A DNA stretch of 64,000 bases, taken from positions 38,626,001 through 38,690,000 of the forward strand of contig OX597836.1 of the NCBI GenBank assembly GCA_951406725.2. Direction: 5' to 3'. The stretch comes from Octopus vulgaris (Eukaryota). Below the pieces are notes generated by a model. The model was not told the origin of the DNA, did not search any database, and saw only the letters and a program-made list of their open reading frames with translations. The position numbers and the translations under genes were made by a program. How positions within the stretch are numbered: the first letter of the stretch is position 1; the number at the start of each line of letters is the position of its first letter. Shown one piece after another: positions 1 to 12,710 of the stretch.

Positions 1-146
1 GACATGGCTCATCAACAGATGAACCACACTATTTAAAAAATTCAAGGTAACTTGATTGACTGGATGCATACAACATGCAACAATTAAACCATCCAAGCTT
101 CAGCCCTAATGTTGACTCCTACCATTGCAAGTACACACAAGTCATC

Positions 147-377
147 CTATTTCTTTACTAACCACAAGGGGCTAAACACAGAGAGGACAAACAAGGACAG
201 ACAAATGGATTAAGTCGATTACATCGACCCCAGTGCATAATTGGCACTTATTTAATCGACCCCGAAAGGATGAAAGGCAAAGTCAACCTCGGCAGAATTT
301 GAACTCAGAACGTAACGACAGACAAAATACGGCTACGCATTTCGCCCGGCACGCTAACGTTTCTGCCAGCTCGCCGC
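147..377 (-). mobile_element. tRNA-derived SINE, family A (Nin/Deu-like central domain)
   Basis: Minus strand reads GGCGGCGAGCTGGCAGAAACGTTAG...GAGTTCAAATT (A/B-box-like), then GCCTTTCATCCTTTCGGGGTCGAT...AAGTGCCA. 13-bp TSD CACACAAGTCATC at 134-146 and 378-390. Confidence 0.9.
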
Positions 378-525
378 CACACAAGTCATCTATATCTGAG
401 GTTGAGCTATGATGTAATAATGTAATGCAAAATGCACAACAATAATAAGAGAAAGGAACAAGGGTATTGGTTTGGTGCTCCTTTATTTCAGCTGTTGCAC
501 GTTTCAATATTCAGCAACACAATAA

Positions 526-1243
526 AGGCAGTGAGTTGGCAGAATTGTTAGCATGCTGGGTAATAAACTTAGTGGTATTTCATCAGGCGGCGAGCTGGCA
601 GAAACGTTAGCATGCCAGGCGAAATACTTAGTATTTCGTCTGCCGTCACGTTCTGAGTTCAAATTCCGCCGAGGTCAACTTTGCCTTTCATCCTTTCGGG
701 GTCGATTAAATAAGTACCAGTTACGCACTGGGGTCGATGTAATCGACTTAATCCGTCTGTCTGTCCTTGTTTGTCCTCTCTGTGTTTAGCCCCTTGTGGG
801 TAGTAAAGAAATAGGTATTTCATCAGTTGTTACATTCCTATTTCTTTATTACCCACAAGGGACTAAACACAGAGGGGACAAACAAGGACAGACATAGGTA
901 TTAAGTCGATTACATCGACCCCAGTGCGTAACTGGTTCTTAATTTATCGACCCCGAAAGGATGGAAGGCAAAGTCGACCTTGGCGGAATTTAAACTCACA
1001 ACGTAACGCAAATGAAATACCACTAAGCATTTCGCCCGGCGTGCTAACGTTTCTGCCAGCTCGCCGCCTTATTCAGTAATCAGTTGTTACATTCCGAGTT
1101 CAAATACTGTTGAGTTCAACTTTGCCTTTCATCTTTTCATGATCAATAAAATAAGTACCAGTTGTGTACTGAGGTCGATGTAATTGACTATCTCTGTCTC
1201 TCTCCTCTGAACTTTCTGACCTTGTGCCAAAATTTGAAACCAA
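526..1243. mobile_element. Triple-nested family A SINEs: old + copy (526-585 and 1081-1243) holding a + copy (586-813) and a - copy (839-1068)
   Basis: TSD GGTATTTCATCAG at 574-586 and 814-826. TSD ATCAGTTGTTACATTCC at 822-838 and 1079-1095. Confidence 0.88.
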
Positions 1244-1434
1244 TATTTAGTAACATATGACATCACACCATAGATGCAACAAATAGATGCACCCTGCAGT
1301 TGCCAGCATGGGGAGCAAAAACATGGTCAGATAGTTATATAGGAAATATATTGCCGACTATTGAAACATATGTAATAACTGAAATAAAGGAGTACCAAAT
1401 CAATTACCATGTTCTTTTCTCTTCATATATACAT

Positions 1435-1833
1435 AGGCGCAGGAGTGGCTGAGTGGTAAGTAGCTTATCTATCAACCACATGGTTCCGGGTTCAATCCCA
1501 CTGCGTGGCACCTTGGGCAAGTGTCTTCTACTATAGCCTCGGGCCGACCAAAGCCTTGTGAGTGGATTTGGTAGACGGAAACTGAAAGAATCCCGTCGTA
1601 TATATATGTATATATATGCGTATGTGTGTGTGTGTCTGTGTTTGTCCCCCTAGCATTGCTTGACAACCGATGCTGGTGTGTTTATGTTTCCGTTACTTAG
1701 CAGTTCGGCAAAAGAGACCGATAGAATAAGTACTGGGCTTACAAAAGAATAAGTCCCGGGGTTGAGTTGCTCGATTAAAGGCGGTGCTCCAGCATGGCCG
1801 CAGTCAAATGACTGAAACAAGTAAAAGAGTAAA

Positions 1834-1834
<1 letters not shown>
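1435..1834 (+). mobile_element. tRNA-derived SINE, family B (CORE-like), near full length
   Basis: Head AGGCGCAGGAGTGGCTGAGTGGTAAG...GGTTCAATCCC; CORE-like GTGGCACCTTGGGCAAGTG; internal (TA)/(TG) tract; (AGTAAAAG)n tail. Close copy at 46465-46870. Confidence 0.88.
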
Positions 1835-1907
<73 letters not shown>

Positions 1908-1911
<4 letters not shown>

Positions 1912-2275
1912 TAATAAGAAAATGGAGGTCATCAACAGGTGGTATTCATCAACTTTTAGACATTATATTATGTCAACTTATTTATTTACTTAAATATTCT
2001 CGTAATTGTCATTTTAGTAAATAAATAAATAAGTTAACATAATATAATGTCTAAAAGTTGATGAATACCACCTGTTGATCTCCTCCATTTTCTTATTACT
2101 CTATAAATTAATGGTAAAATATCTCTTTATCTTCACCCATTTAGTACACTCGGTAATGTAATTGCAATGCAATAAAAAACACTTGTTTATTAATAATTGG
2201 GTATTCTACCAGCAGTATATTGGATAGATATTATCCTTTAATTGGTTGTATTCACAACCTCTAACTTTCTTGTAA
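1908..2275. mobile_element. Fold-back fragment, probably Penelope-like, between (TA)n/(GA)n tracts
   Basis: Inverted arms of ~83-87 bp at 1908-1990 and 2016-2102; the right arm continues into further unique element-like sequence. Confidence 0.6.
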
Positions 2276-2280
2276 ATATA

Positions 2281-2314
<34 letters not shown>

Positions 2315-2832
2315 ACACACACACGGAGTGTGTGTGAGCAAACACACACAAAGCAAGTGTAGTATAGATATCCACAGAGTAGTGCTCAGGTAGATGAGAA
2401 CTTAAAATCCAACTCCTTCATACAGGGCAGATGCATCTGGTGTTGAAAGTAGGAACTTATATATATATATATATCTACTGCATCGTGGATCTTTCTTATG
2501 CATGAATGAGCTTACACACCCACTCCTTTCGGTTACTTTACTTCACAACCATTGAAGCATGAAGCACTCCTTCCTCACGACCGCAGATTCGTGAGATGGT
2601 TGTTATTTGAAAATAGTTTCGAGTAGGAACCAGAAAGAGAAGTATGAACATGCAATGTGCATGTGCAAACTGAATTCGTGAAATGAAAGAGAAGAATAAA
2701 AATGCAAAGCGCAAGTCAAAATGAAATGAAAGAGAGGAATAAAACAAGTTATATGATGGCCTGCATGCCACGTCTGACACCACTTTCATGTAGCTTTGAT
2801 GCAATTTTCTTGTTCTGTACTCTATATTCTGT

Positions 2833-3360
2833 ATCATCATCGTTTAGCATCCGCTTTCCATGCTGGCATGGGTTGGACGATGCAACTGGGGTCTGGGAAG
2901 CCAGAAGGCTGCACCAGGCCCAGTCTGATCTGGCAATGTTTCTACGGCTGGATGCCCTTCCTAACGCCAACCACTCCATGAGTGTAGTGGGTGCTTTTTA
3001 CGTGCCAGACAAGGCTGGCAAATGGCCATGATTGGATGGTGCTGTTTACGTGCCACCGGCACGGAGGCCAGGCGAGGCTGGCAAACGGCCACAATCAGAT
3101 GATGCTTTTTACGTGGCACCGGCACGGAAGCTAGTCGGGGCGGCGGTGGCAACGGTCACGTTCGGATGGTTCTCTTATGTGCCACCGGCACTGGTATCAC
3201 AGCTACAATTCCCATTGATGTTGATCGATTTTGATTTTGATTTCACTTGCCTCAACAGGTCTTCACAAGTAGAGTTTTGTGTCCCAAGAAGGAAAGATAT
3301 GCATAAGTGGACTGAGGTCATGGGTTATGGTCTCACTTGTCCTGCCGGGTCTTCTCACGC
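2833..3360 (-). mobile_element. SINE-like family D ((GAT)n tail, internal ~60-65-bp repeats)
   Basis: Begins with (CAT)n-CGTTTA on +; contains CTGGATGCCCTTCCTAACGCCAACCACTCC and repeated TGGTGCTTTTTACGTGCCACCGGCAC units. Confidence 0.85.
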
Positions 3361-4214
3361 ACAGCATACTGTATCTCATGCATATATGTGCATTAAGCCT
3401 ACTTGTGTTCATCTGCCTTTATACATACATATACATATATCTGGCCCCTATATTGAAGAAACTGAAGGGAATTTTAATGATTTTAAACAGCTGCATTCAT
3501 TAGTATAAGCAGCAAAATTTTGGGGTTGTAGAATCATTTCTATTTGGAATGCTAATCTTTGCAATGGCTATTTTAAACATTTCAATTTTTTTGACAACTT
3601 ACATATTTTTGATAATGTCATTTTAGCAAACAACTTTTCTGGGTGTTTTTATTTTTACGAAATATTATGAATGCCATCAAGCCATTTTACTGAAGGGAGC
3701 ATTTCGATTGTTGCATTTTTATCATGTTTCCTAATTGGTTTGATGACATGTTTACAATAGGTTGCATAATCTTTATAATTTAATTTGGCATTACATGTTT
3801 CCACCATCAATTAATTCCATGCATAATTTGTAATTCATTTGTCAGTAATATGAGACAATCTGTATTATGAAATAAACCTATTGAATTATCGACAGAAATT
3901 GTATAATCTTCTATACACTGGATCAACAGAAGTGTTGATTTGTAAAAATATTTATGCAGTAATATAGTTCAGTTATAATACGGTTGTGACAACAACCACA
4001 ACAATAGGCAACTACAAGTCTAAATATAACAAGAACCATAGCAACAAATAACTATAAGTCTAAATGTACTCACAAGTATAAGTTTAGTGGTAACTGTTAG
4101 AGTGTCGACAACTATAAGAGGAGTAATAACAACAGATGTAGTGACACCCACAACAAAAGATTTAGTGATTACCAGTCATATAAGCATGGGGCCAACAAGA
4201 GCCACAGGTATAGG

Positions 4215-4340
4215 TCCAACCATAGAAACAGGTGTAATGCCAAATATAGAAACAGGTGAAAGGCCAACTATAGAAACAGGTGTAAGGCCAACTATAGAAA
4301 CAGGTGAAAGGCCAACTATAAAAACAGGTGTAGTGCCTAC
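4215..4340. repeat. 24-bp minisatellite, ~5 copies
   Basis: Unit AGGCCAACTATAGAAACAGGTG(A/T)A; produces the PTIETG(E/V)R-repeat ORF 4087-4413. Confidence 0.85.
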
Positions 4341-4654
4341 GATAAGTATTAATGCAGTCCCAAACGTAGGTACAGGTGTAGAGACAACTGTGCCAGACAT
4401 AACTTGTCAGTAAATTACATAAACAAAAAAGTTAAAAGTAAATTCTGAAAATATATAAAAAAAACATTAAGAAAAGGTAATTAGCTTTGAATATAATAGT
4501 TATTGCAGCTTTATATAGTCTCATTTAGTCACATTGTGCAAGTGAGGAATGTCTATACATATGATGATGGCATGGATAGATCAAAGTATTGAGTGAAATG
4601 CTGATCAAGAGATTTTGTAAACTTTTGATCCGGAACAAAATATGAGGTTGAAAC

Positions 4655-4812
4655 TATAATATTTCAATTTGGTCAGTTGAGATTGTTGACACCCAGGTTC
4701 GAAATTTCCCCAAGACACCTGATGAAGGCTGGAGGGTATATCAGCCGAAACATTGTGATAACAACAAACAAGATGAGGACAAATATCCGTCGAATGTAAA
4801 TGATGTAAATAA
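4655..4812 (+). mobile_element. Penelope-like element terminal fragment with decayed hammerhead motif
   Basis: ACAC-CTGATGA-A-GGCTGG-loop-TCAGCC-GAAAC-ATT-GTG at 4715-4757. Confidence 0.65.
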
Positions 4813-4824
4813 ATGCATCGAAGT

Positions 4825-5035
4825 GTTTCAAATGAAGGGAATTTGTTTTGAAGACACGGAGAGGATTAAGGAGGCTGTGACAAGGGTCCTAAACACCTTC
4901 ATATTTGGGTAAGTTCCATGGGGCCTTCACGAAGTGGACCAGAGCACTACAAGTGCATTGAAATCAGGGGACCCTACTTTGAAATTAATAAATGTCTCAC
5001 CTGAAAGAGTGGCAAAATTTATGGAATATACCTTG
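4825..5035 (+). pseudogene. Mariner transposase C-terminal fragment with 3' terminal region
   Basis: With frameshifts translates to MKGICFEDTERIKEAVTRVLNTF...FHGAFTKW...KCIEIRGPYFE, matching the mariner C-terminal W..C....G.YFE motif. Confidence 0.75.
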
Positions 5036-5644
5036 TGTGTCGTCTATTTTTCAAATATTTTATACACATGGTCCACTTTTTAAAATTCAATTCAGTGTGT
5101 GTATGTGGTGGAGGAGATTTGACTGCTATTTCTAATAGGCTGAAACAACCACTTAGAGGTCCCACCATTGGCTTGAAAAACATTTGTTGTTACAGAAGCT
5201 ACATAGAACAGTTTTAGTCCGCATACACCAGATCAGATTTTAAAAAAATATTGGTATCCTTATCTTGTTTTACTGTATTTTCCTCTTGATCTTGTTGTAA
5301 AATTCATCTAGTGTTCCCACCATCACCACTGCTCAAGTTAAATGTTTCAAACTGTCTCGGTAACTAATCTAAATGTGTTGAAATTTTCATCACACCAACG
5401 ACTATATTTTTTTAACAAGTCATTCGTGATTGTCATCTTTATGGACATTCTCTGCTATTGGGTTTTAATCTTGATGTCTCATATTTATTGATTGATTTCA
5501 TAATTATCTTTATATAAAAAGGAAACATTAAATGTTCCACTTTCCTATGCTGAAGTTGAGTGGTTCAGGAAACTGAGATTAGGATGTAGTAACTTGTTGA
5601 TGCAAACAAATTTACAGAATTACATATTACAGTGATAATCCATA

Positions 5645-5961
5645 TTTTTATTTTTTATTTATGCACCCTTTTCAAGCCTAGTCAGGCTCATGGGCCCAGT
5701 TTCCCGGTTTCTATGGTGTATGTGTTCCCCACAGCTGGACGGGACGCCAATCCATCGCAGCGTTACTCAAGAAACAGGAAGAGAGAGTGAGAGAAAGTTG
5801 TGGCGAAAGAGTACAACAGGGATCGCCACCAACCCTTGCCGGAGCCTCGTGGAGCTTTAGGTGTTTTCGCTCAATAAACACACACAACGCCCGGTCTGGG
5901 AATCAAAACTGATCCTCTGACCACGAGTCCGCTGCCCTAACCACTGGGCCATTGTACCTCC
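5645..5961 (-). mobile_element. tRNA-derived SINE, family C
   Basis: Minus-strand head GGAGGTACAATGGCCCAGTGGTTAGGGCAGCGGACTCGTGGTCAGAGGATC; A-rich tail. Homologous to 21450-21765. Confidence 0.85.
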
Positions 5962-6367
5962 AAGATAAACCATATGATAAACTTTTTTCTATAATCCCTC
6001 TAATACACTAAACTCATTGTCTACAATAGAACAATTCTTCTTGCCGAAAAGACTAACAACAAAATAAAAGACACAGTAGCCTAATATTGGTGTCGAATTA
6101 TGGCACAAGGCCTGCAATTTTGGGGGATGGAGTAAGTTGATAACATCGATCCCCATGCTCAACTGTTACTTATCTTATTGGTCCCAAAAAGAAGAAAAGC
6201 AAAGTGGACCTCAGCAGAATTTGAACTCAGAACATAAAGACATGAAATGCCACTTGAGTATTTTGTCTGGCATGCTAATGATTCTGCCAGCTTCACACCT
6301 TACACATCAATCTGAAATGAAAGCTGATAGACAACATACACTGAACCCTGAAGCAAATATTCTATAT

Positions 6368-6698
6368 CATCATCATCATCGTTTAACGCCCGTTTTCCAT
6401 GCTAGCATGGGTTGGACAGTTCGACTGGGGTCTGGGAAGCCAGGAGGCGGTACCAGGCTCCAGTCTGATCTGGCAGCGTTTCTATGGCTGGATGCCTTCC
6501 TAACGCCAACCACTCCATGAGTGTAGCGGGTGCTTTTAACATGTCACTGACACGAACACCAGTCAGGCAACGCTGGCATCAGCCACATTTGGGGGGTGCT
6601 TTTTATGTGCCACCGGCACAGGTATCATAACTACAATTTCCATTTGATTTTTATTTTGATGTTGGCGTTGACGTACTTGACGCAATAGGTCTCCTCAA
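6368..6698 (-). mobile_element. SINE-like family D copy
   Basis: (CAT)n-CGTTTAACG...CATGCTAGCATGGGTTGGAC...CCTAACGCCAACCACTCC. Confidence 0.85.
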
Positions 6699-7409
6699 TA
6701 TTAACTCTGACACTAAACAGGATCATATTGGAAATGACAAAACTTTACACCCATAATACTCAAGACAAAAATGAAGAAACATGAGATGTGACACAAAGCA
6801 ATAATTTTTCGTTTTGCACATGTTTACTCCACCATCTAGTTGTTTCAGTCATTAGATAGTGGCCATCCTGGGGCATCACCTTGAGGAATTTTAGTCAAAT
6901 GAATCAACCTCAATCCTTTATTTTTTTTAAGCCTGGTACTATTGGTCTGTTCTGCTGAACTGCTAAGTTATGGGGAAATAAAAGCACCAACACTGGTTGT
7001 CAAACACAAGGCACAAATGCACACATGCATATACCTGATGGGCTTCTTCCGGTTTCTGTCTCCAAAGCCACTCACAAAACTTTGATCACCCCAAGACTAT
7101 AACAGAAGACACTTGTCCAAGATTCCACACTATGGGACTGAATCTAGGACCATGAGGTTGAGAATCTAAGTTCTTAGCACACAGCCATGTCTGTGACTAT
7201 ATGTTAAATTTTAGAAAAACAAATGCGAAGTTATTGAACTGTTGCATCACATTTTCGGAATGATTAAGATTTTTCTTCTTTTTAATTAAAATCAAATTCT
7301 CCACATTATTTATTACCCAATAGATAGCATGGAAATGAAAAGTTATTAATTGAAAATACAAAGTACAAAGGACTTGATTGTACAGAGAAGTTGTTGGGGT
7401 TTCATCAGT

Positions 7410-7682
7410 CATCGTTTAATGTCCGCTTTCCATGTTAGCATGGGTTGGATGATTTAACTGAAGACTGGTGAACCAAATGGCTGCACCAGACTCCAATCTG
7501 ATCTGGCAGAGTTTCTACAGCTGGATGCCCTTCGTAACGCCAACCACTCCAAGAGTGTAGTGGGTGCTTTTACGTGCCACCAGCACGAGGGCCAGTCAGG
7601 AGGTACTGGCAATGGCCACGCTCAAATGGTGCTCTTTACATGCCACCTGCACAGGAGCCAGTCCAGTGGCACTGGCAACCAC
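7410..7682 (-). mobile_element. SINE-like family D copy
   Basis: Same diagnostic motifs as 2833-3360. Confidence 0.8.
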
Positions 7683-7972
7683 CATAACATAGGTGATGTT
7701 AAGTTAGTGACTGAGAAAATGAAAGTGATAAAGATGATGGTGATGTCGCACCTGACATCACAAAATGCGTCTGAATAAACACAGCAAATAGAGACTCGGA
7801 CATTGCTTAGAAAATAATTTTCATTGAAACATGGTATTTAGATGTTTTCTGTTTTTCTGTCCATGAAAATATTGTATATATACAGACACATACTTTACAT
7901 TCATCATAATAGAGTGAAAGCAAAAAAATGAGAATGAATGAATAAATAAAACTATCGATATGTCTTGTAGTA

Positions 7973-8402
7973 CTCTTTTACTCTTACTCGTTTCAATCAA
8001 TTGACTGTAGCCATGCTGGAGCACCGCCTTTTAGTTGAACAAATCGACCCCAGGACTCATTCTTTGGAAGCCTAGTACTTATTCTATTGGTCTCTTTTGC
8101 CAAACCGCTAAGTTATGGGGACGTAAACACACCACCATCGGTTGTCAAGCGATGTTGGGAGGGACAAACCAGACACAGAAACATACACACACAAACACAC
8201 ACACACACATATATATATACACACACACACATATATACGACAGGCTTCTTTCAGTTTATGTCTACCAAATCCACTAATAAGACATTGGTCGGCCTGAGAC
8301 TATAGTAGAAGACACTTGCCCAAGGTGCCATGCAGTAGGAATGAACCTGGAACCATGTGGTTGGTAAGCAAGCTATTTACCACACAGCCACTCCTGCACC
8401 TA
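7973..8402 (-). mobile_element. Family B SINE
   Basis: Reverse complement of the 1435-1834 element. A more decayed copy lies at ~6835-7192. Confidence 0.85.
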
Positions 8403-8639
8403 TCAAACAGTGTGTACGGGATGGCACCAGTGGTTTCAAGGTTAGTAAGAGTCTAGCCGTAAGATTCAGTTTAAACGAAGTAACCACACAACTAAGCCCG
8501 TGCGTTGTATAATAATAAAAAAAAATGATTACACTAGCAATTTAAAAATGACATTATCTCAATAATTTGGGATTATAATGAACTAACATATTGGTACTGA
8601 AGCTTTTGTCCATAAATGAGAAATCAAGGTTGAAATGAG

Positions 8640-8854
8640 AACCTGTAGATGAGCTGCATTTTGCTGAAGAAGAATCAGGAATTTTTAATTTCACACAAGC
8701 TTAAATAGGACTTAACTCTGCTGTAGATTAGAAAATGAAATTGTTGATTGAAGTATATTGTTATTTTAATCACAATCTCTAATGATCCTTCACAAAAATA
8801 TGAATAAATTAGAATACTTATTGTTGTTGCTATTGTTTTTAAACATAAACAGAA

Positions 8855-8889
<35 letters not shown>

Positions 8890-8892
8890 CAT

Positions 8893-8925
<33 letters not shown>

Positions 8926-8932
8926 CATACAT

Positions 8933-8967
<35 letters not shown>

Positions 8968-8974
8968 CATACAT

Positions 8975-9007
<33 letters not shown>

Positions 9008-9014
9008 CATACAT

Positions 9015-9049
<35 letters not shown>

Positions 9050-9054
9050 CATAC

Positions 9055-9089
<35 letters not shown>

Positions 9090-9303
9090 CATACATACAT
9101 ATACATATATATATATATATACATACATACATATACATATATATATATATACATACATATATATATATATATATATACATACATATACATATATATATAT
9201 ATATATACATATATATACATATATATATATATAATATATATATATATATATACATATATACATACATATACATATATATATATATATACATACATATACA
9301 TAT

Positions 9304-9337
<34 letters not shown>

Positions 9338-9475
9338 ACATACATATACATATATATACATATATATACATATATATACATACATATACATACATATACA
9401 TACATATACATATATATACATATATACATACATATACATATACATACATATACATACATATACATATATTATATA

Positions 9476-9537
<62 letters not shown>

Positions 9538-9890
9538 AGATAAAAAGCCAAATAATTTTGTATAAGCTGTATAATCTCTTTGGGAATATAACAGATGATG
9601 TTTTAAAGAAATGAAAAATAGATGTTGAAATGGCATAACCATTGTTTTGGTTAGCATTGTTAAAAAATATTTTAAAGTTCTAATTATCTTACATGGATCT
9701 GCAAGGTCACGGAATTGTCTTCTAAATAGGTTGATATTTACCGCCTCCCCACTCCTTTTCACTATGTTTTACTCCACAATCTCCTGAACAGAAACAGAGA
9801 ACTATGTACATGAAACCTGCATCTGGAATTATGTTGATAGAGCAATCAAGTAGACTTTTTTCAGGAGCTCTACAATGTAAGATGACTATA
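8640..9890 (+). pseudogene. Possible decayed SF3/D5-like primase-helicase fragment, split by the microsatellite
   Basis: 9662-9733 reads KKYFKVLIILHGSARSRNCLLNRL; RNC is one substitution per codon from GKS. About 43 codons later, in a +1 frame, KPASGIMLIEQSSRLFSGALQCKMT. Upstream [19 protein letters not shown]. Many stops; speculative. Confidence 0.25.
8858..9540. repeat. ~680-bp compound (TA)n/(TACA)n/(TATACA)n microsatellite ending in (GA)n
   Basis: Directly visible; explains the YI/YM-repeat ORFs at 8675-9551. Confidence 0.97.
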
Positions 9891-10284
9891 TGTATTATAA
9901 TTTAAAATAAGCTATTTTAATATCTAGGCAGTGAGCTGGCAGAATCCTTTGCACACTGAGTAAAATGCTTAGCAGTATTACAGACATCCTCATGTTCTGA
10001 GCTCAAATTCTGATGAGGCTGACTTTGCTTTTCAGCCTTTTGGGGGACAATAAAATAAGTACCATTTAAGAACTGGGGTTGATGTAATTGACTTTACTAC
10101 CCTTGGCTAAGAGTATAAAAAAATTACATCCCTCTGTCAAGGCATGGCAAGTCAGTTTGGTAGAGTATGTTCATCAAACCAGTATGATCTCAAGCTCAAA
10201 TTCACAGCCTCCACATCAGACTGTGGACTGAACATAGGTAATCCAATCCAATCCAACCTAATATAATAAAGTGCTCTAGGTCAG

Positions 10285-10549
10285 TGCACCGACCGGCTTC
10301 CTTGGCGTATATGTTCCCCACTTGGATGGGACGCCAGTCCATCACAGGTGAGCTCCAAGATGCAGGAGGAAAGAGTGAGAGAAAGTTGTGGCGAAAGAGT
10401 CAGCAGAAGTTCGCCATTACCTTCTGCCGGAGCTGTGTGGAGCTTAGGTGTTTCGCTGATAAACACACACATCGCCTGGTCTGAGATTCAAACCTGTGAT
10501 CCCTCGAGCGCAAGTCCGCTGCTCTAACCACTAGGCCATGTGCCTCCAC
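10285..10549 (-). mobile_element. Family C SINE (a decayed family A copy lies at ~9926-10100 +)
   Basis: Minus-strand head TGTGGAGGCACATGGCCTAGTGGTTAGAGCAGCGGACTTGCG; matches 23341-23630. Confidence 0.85.
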
Positions 10550-12196
10550 ATTTTCAATATTTTGCAAGAACATGCTTAGCTTGGGGAAGTATGATTATGC
10601 ATCTCTTATAATATAATAGATGCATTGATGAAATCAACTTTCTAGCAGCAGTAGACCAAATTACAAACTGCTGTTCAAAATTACCAGAAGTGAGAGAGCT
10701 GATTTTGGTTCAAGGAAATCTAGATTTATAGAAGGTTATGAACTAACAGGTGTTTTATTTCTACCAAAGCAAGTGAAAAACAGCAATTCTGTCTTGTATT
10801 TGTTGGAGAAGATTTCAATAAGTTTCTCATTCTAATAAATGATGACAAAACTACATATATAAATGGATAATGGTGTTCAAGAGATTTATAAAGCCAATCT
10901 CAGCAACATTACAAATTGCTTGCACTGGCTCATAAACTAAATAAGATAGAAGCCAGAGTGATTGTAGTAAAGTATTTAGTAAACAGGTGAGCACAGAAGT
11001 GGCTATGTGGTAAAGAAGTTTGCTTCCAACCACATGGCGTCAGGTTCAGTCCCACTGTGTGGCGCTTAAAGCAAATGTCTTCTACTACAGCCTTGAGCTG
11101 ACCAATGCCTTCAGGGATTCAGTTGATAGAATCTGAAAGAAGCCCATTACATTCTTTTATTCTTTTACTTGTTTCAGTCATGACCGGCCATGCTAGAGCA
11201 CCACCTTAATTCTGATTGCTTTTGTGTGCGTGTGTGTGTGATCATTTTGACATTCACATGTCCATGCTTGCATGGATTGGACAGAGTTTATTATTGAGGC
11301 AGATTTTCTATCACCAGATGCCCTTCCTGTCACCAATCTTCACTTCTTTCCAAGCATAATCATATTTTGCCAAGCCAAACACATTCTTGCAGAATATTGA
11401 AAATGAACGACACTGCTTGTATGACAGTGACATTCATTTACAACTGTCACACAATGTCAAGACAAGAACACACACACACGCACACACACTCATACACACA
11501 AAACAGGCTTCTTTCAGTTTCCATCTAACAAATCCACTCACAGAACTGTAACAGAAGAGATTTGCCCAAAGTGCCATGCAGTGGCTCTGAATCCAGAACC
11601 ATGTGGCTGGAAAACAAACTTCTCACCACACACTCATTACCTGTGAGTGTGTGTGTGTGTCTATATACATGCATGTGAATGTGTGTCTACATTACTGTCT
11701 CCTTGCCTTGATTTCATATGGTATTTGTAAATGAGTATCCAACCCTGGGGAAATATAACCTTATTTGGAAACAAGTAAACAGGTGAGAAGTGGTTACAAA
11801 AAAGACATTTGGCCAAAGGAAACCTGCCCCAACAAATCCCATCTGACTCAGGCAAGCATAGGAAAGTGGACATTAATATGGTGGTGGTGGTGGTGGATGT
11901 TCAAGGCTTTGTTTTCCACTCTCTTGCTTTCCTTTTTAAAGTAAATCATATACAATTTCAAAATCAGGTGCCCAAAACAAATTGCATATGATAATGGCCC
12001 ATTTCTTGTTAAATGATCGATAAAAACACATAATGGGATCTCTAGATATTCAGGAAATTAAGCATATCAGATTTATCTGAATTTTTAACTGCTTGAACAA
12101 CACTGAACAAAAAGGTCCACAAAACAAGTTGGGGAGATCATAGAGAGTACAGAGAAATGAATTCCATAGAAGATATGATTATTACTGCAGATTAGT

Positions 12197-12710
12197 TCTT
12201 TAGCATTTCAGCTGGCCATACCGGGCTCAAATATTCTACCTGCTTTATGTTAACATTGGTCAGATCTGTCCTATCACATCTACCTTACAATATCGTATCA
12301 TCAAAATCTCAAAGTTATAAGATGATGCATATTCAATTCAAAACAATCATCATCATCATCGTCATTGTCGTTTAACGCCTGTCTTCCGTGCTAGCACGGG
12401 TTGGACGGTTCGACAGGGGTCTGGGAAGCCAGGAGGCTGCACCAGACTCCCGTCTGATCTGGCAGTGTTTCTACAGCTGGATGCCCTTCCTAACACCAAC
12501 CACTCCGTGAGTATAGTGGGTGCTTTTTACATGCCACTGGCACAGGGGCCAGAGTAGGTTGGCAAACGGCCACGATCAGCTGGTGCTTTTTACATGTCAC
12601 TGGCATGGACGCCAGTCAAGGTGGCGCTGGCATCAGCCATGTTTGGATGGTGCTTTTTATGTGCTACCAGCAAGAGTATCTGCCTAAGCAATCTGAATGC
12701 TAAAGGGTTA
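12197..12710. mobile_element. piggyBac-like MITE interrupted by a family D SINE (12347-12680, -)
   Basis: Ends CTTTAGCATTT and AATGCTAAAGGGTTA; same family as 54494-54713. Confidence 0.65.

Noticed and set aside
8675-9551. 150-256-aa ORFs rich in Y/I/M/V
   Set aside because: Translations of (TA)/(TACA) microsatellite; the same applies to 45535-46051 and 57931-58585.
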